Made by a program: the position numbers and the translations under genes. The notes beneath the pieces were generated by a model. It was not told where the DNA came from. It ran no database searches and saw nothing but the letters and a program-made list of their open reading frames with translations. Shown here in pieces: positions 1-10,449 of a DNA stretch of 64,000 bases. Every line of letters begins with the position of its first letter. The first letter of the stretch is position 1. This stretch comes from Escherichia coli. Its GTDB lineage: Bacteria; Pseudomonadota; Gammaproteobacteria; Enterobacterales; Enterobacteriaceae. The stretch is from NCBI RefSeq assembly GCF_044324785.1, contig NZ_CP172127.1. One strand, 5' to 3'.

Positions 1-545
1 GCACTGTTACCACGGGCATTTGCCATCAGCACGGCAATTGAGTACTGATGTGAAAAAAATTGTAAGCGGCGGGTAGATGCCAGTAGGTCGGGTTCCCCCA
101 GACATTGCCCTGTCGTAAACAGTGAACAGGTCGGGTCCATATCCATACCTTGCGGTTGTTCATCGACCACCGTGATGGTTCTGGAACGACGGCCCAGACA
201 TGCACCATGACTCTGATGGTAGATCCCTGGCGTTTTTCGCCACGGTGCGAACACCGCAATTCCACGAATAAAGCGATCGTTATATTCAACGGGAAGGCCG
301 GCAATGATGGTCATTCGCCAGGTCGTTGCAGCATAACAAAGCGGGTCTAACAGCGAGAGATCGGGTGGGGCAGGAAGGGCACGTCGCGAATAATCACACC
401 CCAGTAAAGAAAGCGATGGAAAAACTAACAGCTGACATTGTTGCCTGGCGGCGGCCCTCACAAACTCCAGATGATGAGCTACCTGTTCGGTGAGTGAGGT
501 TTTACGAGGCTCATATTGCGCTGCTGCAACTTTCCAGAACGACAT
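1..545 (-). CDS. yobB: Carbon-nitrogen hydrolase family protein YobB, 3' end cut by window edge
   Basis: Open minus-strand frame from ATG at 543-545 to window start (no stop in frame, checked by hand); translation begins MSFWKVAAAQYEPRKTSLTEQVAHHLEF; sits downstream of holE as in K-12. Not listed in ORF track because it runs off the edge. Confidence 0.75.
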   Translation of the reverse strand, partial: MSFWKVAAAQYEPRKTSLTEQVAHHLEFVRAAARQQCQLLVFPSLSLLGCDYSRRALPAPPDLSLLDPLCYAATTWRMTIIAGLPVEYNDRFIRGIAVFAPWRKTPGIYHQSHGACLGRRSRTITVVDEQPQGMDMDPTCSLFTTGQCLGEPDLLASTRRLQFFSHQYSIAVLMANARGNS

Positions 546-646
546 AATGACTTCCTTTTCAAAATGACTGCAAATTATGGGGGCGGTTTAGAAAATACTC
601 ATAATTTAGCAGGCGTTATGTAAGAAAGTGTAACTCTGTATAAGTT

Positions 647-877
647 TTATTTAAGTTTGGGCTCGTAAGGTAAACGTGACAGATTGACCGAAGCCAAACG
701 GTGGGCGATAAGCCGCTCGCGAAACCAGCTGCGCAAATGTTCAGGCTGTTCACGTTCAACTGCTTCAGCGATCACCGGCATATTGTAGCGTTCTTTAAAT
801 GCCACCCCGGCCGCAGCCAAATCGACATTCACTTTATCCATTTCTGTTTGATCCAGTTTAGCCAGATTCTTCAGCAT
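647..877 (-). CDS. holE: DNA polymerase III theta subunit
   Basis: Track ORF 647..964 trimmed to internal Met; 76-aa product [76 protein letters not shown] recognised as HolE. Confidence 0.9.
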
Positions 878-1015
878 TCTTAATCTCCTCATCATTCGCG
901 GGCAAAAGTTACTAAGAGTGAGCCTGGATGGCAAGCCGGAATTGATGATCCTCGACTCAGACATTAGACAGGGTTATGCTCTGTAAAAAAGTTATTACAA
1001 AAAGGAATAGATAAT

Positions 1016-1390
1016 ATGACTTCAACTGCACGCACCCTTCGCTACGCGCTGGCAATCCTGACCACTTCGTTGGTGACACCTTCCGTCTGGGCACATGCGC
1101 ATTTAACGCATCAGTATCCTGCGGCAAACGCGCAAGTGACAGCTGCCCCGCAGGCAATTACTTTAAACTTCTCGGAAGGCGTTGAAACAGGATTCAGTGG
1201 TGCAAAAATCACGGGGCCAAAAAACGAAAATATTAAAACATTACCGGCGAAGCGGAATGAGCAGGACCAAAAGCAACTGATTGTTCCACTGGCCGATTCG
1301 CTGAAACCCGGAACCTACACCGTTGACTGGCATGTTGTTTCGGTGGACGGGCATAAAACGAAAGGACACTACACCTTTAGCGTGAAATAA
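1016..1390 (+). CDS. yobA: CopC-family periplasmic protein YobA
   Basis: 124-aa ORF with N-terminal signal peptide and AAGGAA Shine-Dalgarno upstream; recognised as YobA; 3 nt before yebZ. Confidence 0.9.
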   Translation: MTSTARTLRYALAILTTSLVTPSVWAHAHLTHQYPAANAQVTAAPQAITLNFSEGVETGFSGAKITGPKNENIKTLPAKRNEQDQKQLIVPLADSLKPGTYTVDWHVVSVDGHKTKGHYTFSVK

Positions 1391-1393
1391 ATC

Positions 1394-2266
1394 ATGCTGG
1401 CGTTTACCTGGATCGCGCTGCGATTTATCCATTTCACCTCGCTGATGCTGGTTTTTGGCTTCGCAATGTACGGTGCCTGGCTGGCCCCCTTAACGATTCG
1501 TCGCTTGCTGACGAAGCGTTTTCTGCGTTTACAACAGCACGCTGCCGTCTGGAGTTTGCTCAGTGCCACTGCAATGCTCGCCGTTCAGGGCGGGTTGATG
1601 GGAACGGGATGGACAGATGTATTTTCGCCAAACATTTGGCAGGCTGTTTTGCAAACGCAGTTTGGTGGCGTCTGGTTATGGCAAATTGTTCTCGCCCTCG
1701 TAACGTTGATCGTCGCCCTTATGCAACCGCGGAATATGCCACGTTTGCTGTTTATGCTCACTACCGCGCAATTTATTCTGCTGGCGGGAGTCGGGCATGC
1801 GACGCTGAATGAAGGGGTAACGGCGAAAATCCATCAGACTAATCACGCGATTCACCTGATTTGTGCGGCGGCGTGGTTTGGGGGATTACTGCCGGTGCTC
1901 TGGTGTATGCAACTCATCAAAGGCCGTTGGCGACACCAGGCTATTCAGGCGCTGATGCGTTTTTCCTGGTGCGGGCATTTTGCGGTGATCGGCGTACTGG
2001 CAAGCGGCGTTCTTAATGCATTGTTGATTACCGGATTTCCCCCCACGCTTACGACTTACTGGGGCCAACTCTTATTGCTCAAAGCTATCCTGGTGATGAT
2101 TATGGTGGTCATCGCGCTGGCTAATCGTTATGTTCTTGTACCGCGCATGAGGCAGGATGAAGATCGTGCGGCTCCCTGGTTTGTGTGGATGACTAAACTC
2201 GAATGGGCGATAGGTGCGGTAGTGCTGGTGATCATCAGCCTGCTTGCGACTCTCGAACCTTTTTGA
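1394..2266 (+). CDS. yebZ: CopD-family inner membrane protein YebZ
   Basis: 290-aa polytopic hydrophobic ORF immediately after yobA; length and sequence match YebZ. Confidence 0.9.
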   Translation: MLAFTWIALRFIHFTSLMLVFGFAMYGAWLAPLTIRRLLTKRFLRLQQHAAVWSLLSATAMLAVQGGLMGTGWTDVFSPNIWQAVLQTQFGGVWLWQIVLALVTLIVALMQPRNMPRLLFMLTTAQFILLAGVGHATLNEGVTAKIHQTNHAIHLICAAAWFGGLLPVLWCMQLIKGRWRHQAIQALMRFSWCGHFAVIGVLASGVLNALLITGFPPTLTTYWGQLLLLKAILVMIMVVIALANRYVLVPRMRQDEDRAAPWFVWMTKLEWAIGAVVLVIISLLATLEPF

Positions 2267-2278
2267 TGGATTACGAAA

Positions 2279-2620
2279 ATGATGAAAAAAAGTATTCTGG
2301 CGTTTCTGTTACTCACCAGTTCTGCAGCGGCGCTGGCTGCACCGCAGGTGATTACCGTCAGCCGTTTTGAAGTGGGTAAAGACAAATGGGCGTTTAATCG
2401 CGAAGAGGTGATGCTGACTTGCCGACCGGGTAATGCTTTGTATGTCATTAACCCAAGTACCCTCGTGCAGTATCCGTTAAACGATATTGCACAAAAGGAA
2501 GTCGCCAGCGGGAAGACTAAAGCCCAGCCCATTTCGGTGATTCAGATTGATGATCCTAACAATCCCGGCGAAAAAATGAGTCTGGCACCGTTTATAGAGC
2601 GAGCTGAAAAACTCTGTTAA
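2279..2620 (+). CDS. yebY: DUF2511 secreted protein YebY
   Basis: 113-aa [23 protein letters not shown]... with signal peptide; third gene of yobA-yebZ-yebY. Confidence 0.85.
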   Translation: MMKKSILAFLLLTSSAAALAAPQVITVSRFEVGKDKWAFNREEVMLTCRPGNALYVINPSTLVQYPLNDIAQKEVASGKTKAQPISVIQIDDPNNPGEKMSLAPFIERAEKLC

Positions 2621-2650
2621 TTACCTAAAATAGCCTTTTGATTTCCAATA

Positions 2651-2690
2651 AAAAACCGCCTCAGCTCTTTCACCAGAACGGGCGGTTTTT
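2651..2690. terminator. Bidirectional intrinsic terminator (yebY on +, RyeA on -)
   Basis: aaaaaccgcc...ggcggttttt: GC stem flanked by A-tract upstream and T-tract downstream, so a U-run follows the hairpin on either strand. Confidence 0.5.
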
Positions 2691-2763
2691 AACATTTAAG
2701 CTGATGACCACCGCGCTTTTTATTGACCATTTTGCACGCAAACTGGAAAACCTGGCGTCGTCA

Positions 2764-2774
2764 TCTATTCTTAA
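2764..2774 (+). promoter_or_regulatory. Sigma-S type extended -10 element for sdsR
   Basis: TCTATTCTTAA matches the RpoS extended -10 consensus (TCTATACTTAA) at 10 of 11 positions, placed to start transcription at about 2778. Confidence 0.5.
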
Positions 2775-2777
2775 AGG

Positions 2778-2881
2778 GCAAGGCAACTAAGCCTGCATTA
2801 ATGCCAACTTTTAGCGCACGGCTCTCTCCCAAGAGCCATTTCCCTGGACCGAATACAGGAATCGTGTTCGGTCTCTTTTTA
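2778..2881 (+). ncRNA. sdsR: sRNA SdsR (RyeB), RpoS-dependent
   Basis: Sequence GCAAGGCAACTAAGCCTGCATTAATGCCAACTTTTAGCGCACGGCTCTCTCCCAAGAGCCATTTCCCTGGACCGAATACAGGAATCGTGTTCGGTCTCTTTTT recognised as SdsR; ends in hairpin CCGAA..TTCGG plus T-run; about 104 nt. Confidence 0.7.
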
Positions 2882-3014
2882 TCTGTTAAAAGCCAGAAGC
2901 ATTCCCTTCGCTGACTTTATAGTCAACCATAACACACACTCTACTGTCTGAGTCCAGCGTTTTTTAACATTCTTGTTAAGATTATGTGATCTTTAGCGCG
3001 GGAGGAAAATATTG

Positions 3015-3671
3015 ATGAAACAGCCTGCGCCCGTTTATCAGAGAATTGCGGGTCATCAATGGCGACATATCTGGCTTTCAGGCGATATACACGGTTGTCT
3101 TGAGCAGTTGCGCCGCAAATTATGGCATTGTCGTTTTGATCCGTGGCGAGATTTACTTATCTCAGTGGGAGATGTTATCGATCGTGGGCCGCAAAGTTTA
3201 CGTTGTCTGCAGTTACTGGAACAACATTGGGTTTGTGCGGTAAGAGGCAATCATGAACAGATGGCGATGGATGCGCTGACATCTCAGCAGATGTCTTTGT
3301 GGTTGATGAATGGCGGCGACTGGTTTATTGCGCTGGCAGATAATCAACAGAAACAAGCGAAAACGGCGCTGGAAAAATGTCAGCATTTGCCCTTTATTCT
3401 TGAAGTACACAGTCGCACCGGCAAACATGTTATTGCTCATGCCGATTATCCAGATGATGTTTATGAATGGCAAAAGGACGTTGATTTGCATCAGGTCTTG
3501 TGGAGCCGCTCGCGATTAGGTGAACGCCCAAAAGGGCAGGGAATTAAAGGTGCTGATCATTTCTGGTTTGGTCATACACCGTTGCGACATCGCGTGGATA
3601 TTGGCAACCTGCATTATATTGATACCGGTGCTGTCTTTGGGGGCGAACTGACTCTTGTGCAATTGCAATAA
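3015..3671 (+). CDS. pphA: Serine/threonine protein phosphatase 1 (PrpA)
   Basis: Track ORF 3012..3671 (219 aa) with the second Met giving 218 aa, MKQPAPVYQRIAGHQWRHIWLSGDIHG; calcineurin-like phosphoesterase signature GDxxDRG present (GDVIDRG). Confidence 0.9.
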   Translation: MKQPAPVYQRIAGHQWRHIWLSGDIHGCLEQLRRKLWHCRFDPWRDLLISVGDVIDRGPQSLRCLQLLEQHWVCAVRGNHEQMAMDALTSQQMSLWLMNGGDWFIALADNQQKQAKTALEKCQHLPFILEVHSRTGKHVIAHADYPDDVYEWQKDVDLHQVLWSRSRLGERPKGQGIKGADHFWFGHTPLRHRVDIGNLHYIDTGAVFGGELTLVQLQ

Positions 3672-3863
3672 TTAAAAATCACCGTACTCCTGTGCTGGTC
3701 GCCAGAAACCATCAATAAAATCCTCGATTGGAAAACAACCGCCATGGCGGATCCGTTGATCGCTCATAGAATAAAGACACTGCTGTTCCGTGTTGTAGAC
3801 ATCCACAACAATATCTTCACAACCGCCATCCAGGTAGCAAACAAAAAGTACCAGCGCGAACAT
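3672..3863 (-). CDS. yebW: Small protein YebW (63 aa)
   Basis: Track ORF 3672..3947 trimmed to internal Met: MFALVLFVCYLDGGCEDIVVDVYNTEQQCLYSMSDQRIRHGGCFPIEDFIDGFWRPAQEYGDF. Confidence 0.8.
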   Translation of the reverse strand: MFALVLFVCYLDGGCEDIVVDVYNTEQQCLYSMSDQRIRHGGCFPIEDFIDGFWRPAQEYGDF

Positions 3864-3967
3864 TTCATCCCCGAAGTGTGGTGCCGTACCGTTAAGTTTA
3901 GGAGAGATTTTACAACGGGGGAATAACCAGGACAAATAACCCGCCATGCCGACGGGTTCTTTTTGGA

Positions 3968-4204
3968 TCAGGCAAGACGCATAATCCAGGCATCAGATTG
4001 TTGATCGTAACGGGTACGGTAAAGGACAGAGTGTTCGCCATTTAGCAGGGCAGGAATACTGGTTTCAGCATCCCAGGCATCCAGTTGCATACATAAATCG
4101 GGGTCTGATTTACAAGGAATGGTTAACGTTCGATCACCCGGCGATTCACCGTGTAATTCGCCGTCGTCGATTTCAAAAGCGCCTATGCGCACACTGGTTT
4201 TCAT
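3968..4204 (-). CDS. yebV: Small protein YebV (78 aa)
   Basis: Track ORF 3968..4219 trimmed to Met6: MKTSVRIGAFEIDDGELHGESPGDRTLTIPCKSDPDLCMQLDAWDAETSIPALLNGEHSVLYRTRYDQQSDAWIMRLA. Confidence 0.8.
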   Translation of the reverse strand: MKTSVRIGAFEIDDGELHGESPGDRTLTIPCKSDPDLCMQLDAWDAETSIPALLNGEHSVLYRTRYDQQSDAWIMRLA

Positions 4205-4321
4205 CTTCGTGCTCTCCATTTAGCTGCCGATTGTGGTACGACCAGTCCGATCGCACCATTTTTCAGCCTAGTTGAGGCAGCCGAATGTGCCAGTCAAAAA
4301 GTGCGCTTTTTTTGTGCGCTG

Positions 4322-5761
4322 TCAGGCGTTACCGGTAAAAAGTTTCCCATCTCGCACCAGTTCACGCGGGTAGCTGTTTTTCAGTCGCGAACCAATTCGT
4401 TTGGCTAAACCAATCGGCTGATGCTGGAAAGTAACTAATACATCATCCGCTACTGGCGCGGCTTGCGGGTAAACATCGCGCCCGCGATACCACTCTTCCG
4501 CTTCCTGCGGTGTCAGTTCAAAAGCGTTCACATTGTCGGGGGAGGCAAGGGCAATAACCGCTTCATGCTGCCAGCGATAACCTTTATTATGCGTTTCGGC
4601 AAGTTTAATCCCCAACCGAGAAAATCGGACTTTACCGATCAGGGCTTCAATGCCTACCGGGAACAACCACAGTTCTTTGTCGCGTTGCCAGAGTCGCAGG
4701 TTTCCATCCCAGTTTAAGCCAACACTTGCAGCCGCCTGACGAATTTGTCCGGCTTCGCGATCTTTTACCGGGCTAAACGGAAAATTGCCCACTTTGTATT
4801 TTGGGGCGGGTAACGCAGGAATCGCCTTGGTTTTACGCAGACGAGCAACGAAGAAGCCTTCGCAGTCGTAAATTTGTGGGAAAACATGCAAAAAACCTTC
4901 TTCGGTCAACGCCTTGTTTGCACCAGGGAAGAGATCGCCAAGCGGTAAAAACTCTACTGCGTCGGGGTAAGTCTCTTTCAGCCACAGGCAAACAGCTTCG
5001 TTTTCTTCCTTGTTTAAGGTACAGGTTGAGTAGACCAGCGTACCGCCAGTACGTAAAGCGTGAAAGGCACTGTCGATCAGTTCTCGCTGGGTCGCCGCAA
5101 TTTCCTGATTGCTTTCCGGTGACCAGTTTTTCAGTGCGTCGGGATCTTTGCGCACTACGCCTTCGCCAGAGCAGGGGGCGTCCAGCAGAATGGCATCGAA
5201 CATTTCTGGTAACGCCGCACCAAAGACGCGACCATCAAAATGAGTCAGAGAGACGTTACGGATACCGCAGCGACTGATATTGGCATGTAACACTTTTACC
5301 CGGCTGGCAGAAAACTCATTGGCAAGGATCGCCCCTTCGTTATTCATCCTCGCGGCAATTTGCGTCGTTTTTGAGCCTGGCGCGGCAGCGACATCCATCA
5401 CCCGCTGTGGTGCATTACCGTCAGCAAACAAGGCGGCGACGGGCAACATTGAACTGGCTTCCTGAATATAAAACAGGCCACTTAAATGCTCGGCGGTACT
5501 ACCCAATGGCAAGGCATCTTCATCGTCGCGTTCAATCCAGAAACCTTCTTCACACCACGGAATTGGCGTAAGCGTCCAGCCATAAGGGGCGGTTAATTGC
5601 AGGAAATCAGCAACGGAGATTTTCAGCGTATTAACGCGAATACTGCGGCGCAACGGGCGCTGACAGGCGGCAAGAAAATCATCAAATGAGAGCGTCGAAG
5701 GCATCGCTTCGCGCATTTGTGTCAGAAAGGCGTCCGGGAAATAAACGGTGTGTTGGGCCAC
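4322..5761 (-). CDS. rsmF: 16S rRNA m5C1407 methyltransferase RsmF
   Basis: 481-aa track ORF; annotated product is 479 aa, so probable GTG start two codons in; SAM-methyltransferase motifs ([20 protein letters not shown]) visible. Confidence 0.9.
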   Translation of the reverse strand: MAQHTVYFPDAFLTQMREAMPSTLSFDDFLAACQRPLRRSIRVNTLKISVADFLQLTAPYGWTLTPIPWCEEGFWIERDDEDALPLGSTAEHLSGLFYIQEASSMLPVAALFADGNAPQRVMDVAAAPGSKTTQIAARMNNEGAILANEFSASRVKVLHANISRCGIRNVSLTHFDGRVFGAALPEMFDAILLDAPCSGEGVVRKDPDALKNWSPESNQEIAATQRELIDSAFHALRTGGTLVYSTCTLNKEENEAVCLWLKETYPDAVEFLPLGDLFPGANKALTEEGFLHVFPQIYDCEGFFVARLRKTKAIPALPAPKYKVGNFPFSPVKDREAGQIRQAAASVGLNWDGNLRLWQRDKELWLFPVGIEALIGKVRFSRLGIKLAETHNKGYRWQHEAVIALASPDNVNAFELTPQEAEEWYRGRDVYPQAAPVADDVLVTFQHQPIGLAKRIGSRLKNSYPRELVRDGKLFTGNA

Positions 5762-5840
5762 GAGCATGTACCACTGGCAAAAAAACAGGCGCGCAGTTTA
5801 GCATAAACGCTCCGGCGCAGGCACGCCGGAGCAGTGAGCA

Positions 5841-8474
5841 TTATTTGGGAAGCGCTGTTCCCCATTCACGCCACTCTTTCGGTTCACTTTCCTGCAACAG
5901 GAAGTGCTTGCCTTCCTGAGCTTTCGGTGCCAGCGGCGTACCCGGAGGCGTAGCGAAGGCGATGCCGCCACGGATAAACTGGTTAAAGGTGCCGGTTTTT
6001 ACTACGCCGCCCGTCAGACCAAAGTCCAGACTGTAACCCGATGCCAACCAGAAGACGGAATTGTTACGCACCAGGTGTTGATAGCGTTTACTGATGCGCA
6101 TCGCAATCATCACGCGATCTGACAATGTCCCCAGCGTCATTCCGGTAACCGTACCGACTTCCAGACCACGGAACAGCACAGGTGTACCGATACCTAACGA
6201 ACCGGCTTCCGGCGCTTCAACAATAATGCTTAAGCCATCCAGGTAACGCGAATCAGTTATGGTGGCCTCTTGTAATTCAAAGTCGCGGCGAGGATTGCCC
6301 CGGCCTGGTTCGACGTTGATATACGGCTGGAGGATAGTATCAAGATGCTCAACGCCAGCTGCCGAAATTTGCGGTGTGACCACTGAGAAGCGCGTACCAC
6401 CGCGAGCAAAGGTCTGGACATATTCCGGATAGAGCACCGCCTTTGCCTGTACTTCATTGCGCGCGGTAATCAGATCCAGCGTCTGGATTTGCCCGATATC
6501 AATACCGAGATAGCGAATTGGCATCCCGACCGCCAGTTTTCCGGCATCGAAAGCGTGAAGCGTAATCTGCCCGCCAACCGCACGGGCTGCTGTTTCGGAA
6601 GCATACAGAATACGCTTATCGCCTTTACGCTGACTGGCGCTGGCACCGCTGAGGTTATCGAAGCTAATGGCTCCCTTTAATGCTCTGGAGAGCGGGGATG
6701 CCTGTACGGTCAGGCCACTACCATTCAGCTGAACTTTCGCCCCGCCTTCTGCCCAGAACACGCTATTGCTGGTCAGAAGGTTGCGATACTCCGGCTTAAT
6801 ATGCAGATCGATATCAAACGCGTTAGCTCGCGGACGCACAGTAATAACTTCACCAACTTCAAATTTACGGTACAGCACTACCGATCCTGCCTGCACATCC
6901 GGCAGTGTCTCTGCACTCAAACTTACGGTTGTGGTGGGTAAATCGCTAAGGCTGTTCTCCAGCGCTTTTTCCAGATTGGCATACAGTGGATAGCTGGCTT
7001 TCATCTCGCCTTTATCGCCCGGCAGAATACGTATCCCGCCGTTAATCCATTCTGAGGCGCTGGCACCGAGAAACTCAACGCCATCCAGCCCCACCTTCAC
7101 GTCGACACGGCTGTTGACGACAAATTTGCTATCGCCTTTTACCAGTTCGCGATGCTGAGGCTCGATGGCGACGGTAAAGGTGACGCCTTTGCTGGTGAGT
7201 TTACGATCAATAACCTGGCCTACCTGCACGCCGTGAAGAATGAGCGGCTGACCAGCATCAATGCCGTAACTTTCTGGTGCTGTCAGGGTCAGTGTCAGAA
7301 CATCCGGCTCTTGTAGCAGGGCTTTTTCACCTGGCACAACAACGAACTCTTTGCGTGGCTCGCCATCGCCGGGCACCAACTCAAAGGTTTTTCCGGTCAG
7401 CAGGGCGCTGAGATTGGCATCGCTAAGGGATAATTTCGGATTACGTAATTCGATGCGGGTATTTTCACGAAGCAGGGTGACGACGCTGGGATCAACGGTC
7501 ATTTCTCCGGTGACTTTACCACCAGGATTTAAATCCAGTTTAGTCAGCTGTCCGACTTCCAGCCCCTGATACATTAACGGCGTCGAGTCGGCGGTTAATC
7601 CGGCCCCACTCGGCAGTTCCAGTTTTATTATTACGCCACGCTGGCTGTGGGCGAGATCTTCATACAGACCAAAGGTATCTTCCGCCTCGGCAGGTTTCGA
7701 CTCTTCAGGTGAATCGAAGGCAATCGCACCGTTAACCAGTGCCGCCAGACTTTCCAGTTTCACCTTCGCGCCACTGATACTGACGTTGGCATCAACGCCG
7801 GAAACGTTCCAGAAACGGCTACCTTTTTTCACCAGGTCGGTAAAACGCCGCTCGATCAGGACATCAATCACCACACCTTGCTTGTTGGGATTGATGGCAT
7901 AGTCGTAGACTTTTCCGACCGGGATCTTGCGGAAATAGACCAATGAACCGCTGTTCAGCGAACCGAGATCGGGGGCTTGCAGGTGGATCATCAAATCGCC
8001 ATTGTCCAGCCGATATTTCGGTTGGGTATCGAGTGCGACAAAGTGATCCTGCTCTTTACCTTTACCTGGCATCATGCCGATATAGTTACCACCGACGAGG
8101 GCGTCCAGCCCGGAGACACCTGCCAGCGAGGCCTTTGGCGTCACCAGCCAGAACTGTGTCTCTTCGCGCAGCGCATCTTTCATATCGGACTTGATGCTGA
8201 CCTTGACTTCAATCTTACGAAGATCGTCGCTCAGGCTGATATCCTGCACAGTTCCGACTTCAACGCCCTGATAACGAACAGGCGTACGGCCTGGAACAAT
8301 ACCATCCGCCGACATAAAGTCGATGGTGACGGTATTGCCCCGGTCCTGATAACTGTCCCAAATCAGCCAACCAGCAATCATTAGCGCGATGAACGGCAGC
8401 AGCCAGAAAGGTGAGATACGGCGTTTGTTTTTAATCTGCGCTTCAGTCGTCGAAGCGGGCGTTTCCTGACTCAT
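5841..8474 (-). CDS. letB: Lipophilic envelope-spanning tunnel protein LetB (YebT), multi-MCE domain
   Basis: Track ORF 5841..8516 (891 aa) trimmed to Met15 (MSQETPAST...) gives 877 aa; repeated MCE-like segments; overlaps letA by 32 nt. Confidence 0.9.
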
Positions 8475-9726
8475 GTGCATCCCAAAGTAAGCGGCTGTCC
8501 AGCCATTCCACAGCAAGAATAGTCAAAATTACCGCTGCGCCGAAATAAAACGCAGCCGGTCCCATAGTAAAAGCGAGGATCTGATCGCGATTAATCAGCG
8601 ACATGGTTAAAGATATGACAAACAGGTCGAGCATCGACCAGCGACCAATCCAGGTCACCATCCGCAGTAACAGAATGCGTGTGCGTAAACCTTGCTGGCA
8701 TTTAAAATGAATACTCAACAGTAAAGTGAACATGACGATCACTTTAGTAAACGGTACCAGAATACTGGCGATAAACACGATTCCCGCAACGGCAATGTTG
8801 CTACTTGCCAGCGACATAATTCCGGAAAGAATTGTATCTTCCTGCCGTCCTCCGTTCAGATAAATGATAGAAATAGGCAACAGGTTGGCAGGTAACAACA
8901 AAACGATTGACGCTAACAGCGCCGCCCAGCATTTTTGCAGACTATGACGGCGACGCAGGCGTAGCGGGATATGGCAACGCGGGCAGCGACCACGCTGATC
9001 AGGATAGCCGGTAAAATGGCACCCAAGACAGACACGGAGTTTCTCGTCCCTACGCGTAGCGGGGCGCTGCGGATAAAATCGCTCCCACAGTTCTTCGACA
9101 TTGAGATGTGACAACGTCACCGTCGTTAAAATCACCAACGCCACAAAAGAGAACAAGCCGACACCCGCCTGGATATGGGCATAATCCTGCACCTTTATAG
9201 AAGCAACGCCAATGCCGACCAGGTAGATATCGAGCATTACCCACTCTTTCAGTCGTTCAAGCATCAGCAGTACCGGACGTAAATTCATTCCCAGTCGGTT
9301 ACCAAACCATAAATAAGCTATGGAGGTCACCAGAATGAGGGGGGCACCGATAACGCAGAAAAAGACCATCGACCCCGTTATCGCATCGCCCTGTTTGGTC
9401 ATTTGCCAGATGCCTTGCATAACGTTGGCGTCAATACGAATGCCTAACAGCCAGATATGCAACAGCGGTTCGCCCCAGGCAAACGGCATAAGCAACAGCA
9501 TGGTGAAGGCCATTGCCGCCAGGCGCGTTAGCGACCAGTCGCGCCCGTCACGAATTTTTGCCTGACAGCGCGGACAATAGGCACTTTGATGAGAATTTAT
9601 CTCGGGCAGGCTAAACAGCATGTCACATTGCGGGCAACGTTGGTAATCACCACGCGGCAGTTCCTCACCGATAGCCCTCACTGTTATCTTTTTTGTCGGC
9701 GTAATTTGTGGTGTGTTAAGAGCCAT
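8443..9726 (-). CDS. letA: Inner membrane protein LetA (YebS), PqiA family
   Basis: 427-aa ORF with two CxxC...CxxC zinc-ribbon-like motifs each followed by hydrophobic segments; immediately upstream of and overlapping letB. Confidence 0.9.
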
Positions 9727-9855
9727 GACGTGCCAAATGTAATAAGAATTAACATTAATCTTAACCCATGATGGGAATGATCTTGAGCATTAACGCATTT
9801 AATGCTTATTTTAATAGGCTGGCAGTTCCTGGTAAGACAACCAAGTGATTATATA

Positions 9856-10353
9856 ATGAACAAAACAGAATTTTACGCGGATTTAAATCGCGACTTTAAC
9901 GCGCTGATGGCAGGAGAAACCAGTTTTCTGGCAACGCTTGCGAACACCAGTGCGTTGTTATATGAGCGTCTCACTGACGTAAACTGGGCAGGTTTTTATT
10001 TGCTTGAGGACGATACACTGGTGCTCGGACCATTTCAGGGCAAAATTGCCTGTGTCCGGATACCCGTCGGGCGCGGCGTGTGCGGTACTGCGGTTGCCCG
10101 CAATCAAGTGCAGCGTATCGAGGATGTTCATGCGTTTGACGGGCATATTGCCTGTGATGCGACGAGTAATTCTGAAATTGTTCTGCCGCTGGTGGTGAAA
10201 AATCAGATTATTGGTGTTCTCGACATCGATAGTACCGTCTTCGGTCGCTTTACAGACGAGGACGAGCAAGGCTTACGTCAGCTTGTGGCACAGCTTGAAA
10301 AGGTGCTTGCAACGACGGATTACAAAAAATTCTTTGCGAGCGTCGCAGGATAA
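9856..10353 (+). CDS. msrC: Free methionine-(R)-sulfoxide reductase MsrC (GAF domain)
   Basis: Track ORF 9802..10353 trimmed to MNKTEFYADLNRDFNALMAGETSF... (165 aa). Confidence 0.85.
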   Translation: MNKTEFYADLNRDFNALMAGETSFLATLANTSALLYERLTDVNWAGFYLLEDDTLVLGPFQGKIACVRIPVGRGVCGTAVARNQVQRIEDVHAFDGHIACDATSNSEIVLPLVVKNQIIGVLDIDSTVFGRFTDEDEQGLRQLVAQLEKVLATTDYKKFFASVAG

Positions 10354-10449
10354 TCAACGGATAACGTAGCATTTACTGATAGCGTCATTATAATGACGCC
10401 TGTTCATGCCTGCGCTTGTTGGCTACGTCCGTTGTAATCAGGAAATTTC

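Larger units (their letters stand above)
2645..2915 (-). ncRNA. ryeA: sRNA RyeA (SraC), antisense partner/sponge of SdsR; ends approximate
   Basis: Known yebY-pphA intergenic antisense pair; minus-strand sequence ending ...GAAATGTTAAAAACCGCCCGTTCTGGTGAAAGAGCTGAGGCGGTTTTTT matches my recollection of the RyeA 3' end. 5' end not determined from sequence. Confidence 0.45.

Noticed and set aside
2723-2914. 63-aa plus-strand ORF in the yebY-pphA intergenic region
   Set aside because: Lies entirely within the SdsR/RyeA sRNA locus, has no convincing ribosome-binding site, and its sequence is explained by the recognised sRNA.
7977-8384. 135-aa plus-strand ORF, and other ORFs inside letB on either strand (for example 6766..6993, 7351..7569, 7943..8194)
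   Set aside because: Embedded in the letB coding region; alternative frames of a long GC-balanced gene commonly stay open by chance.
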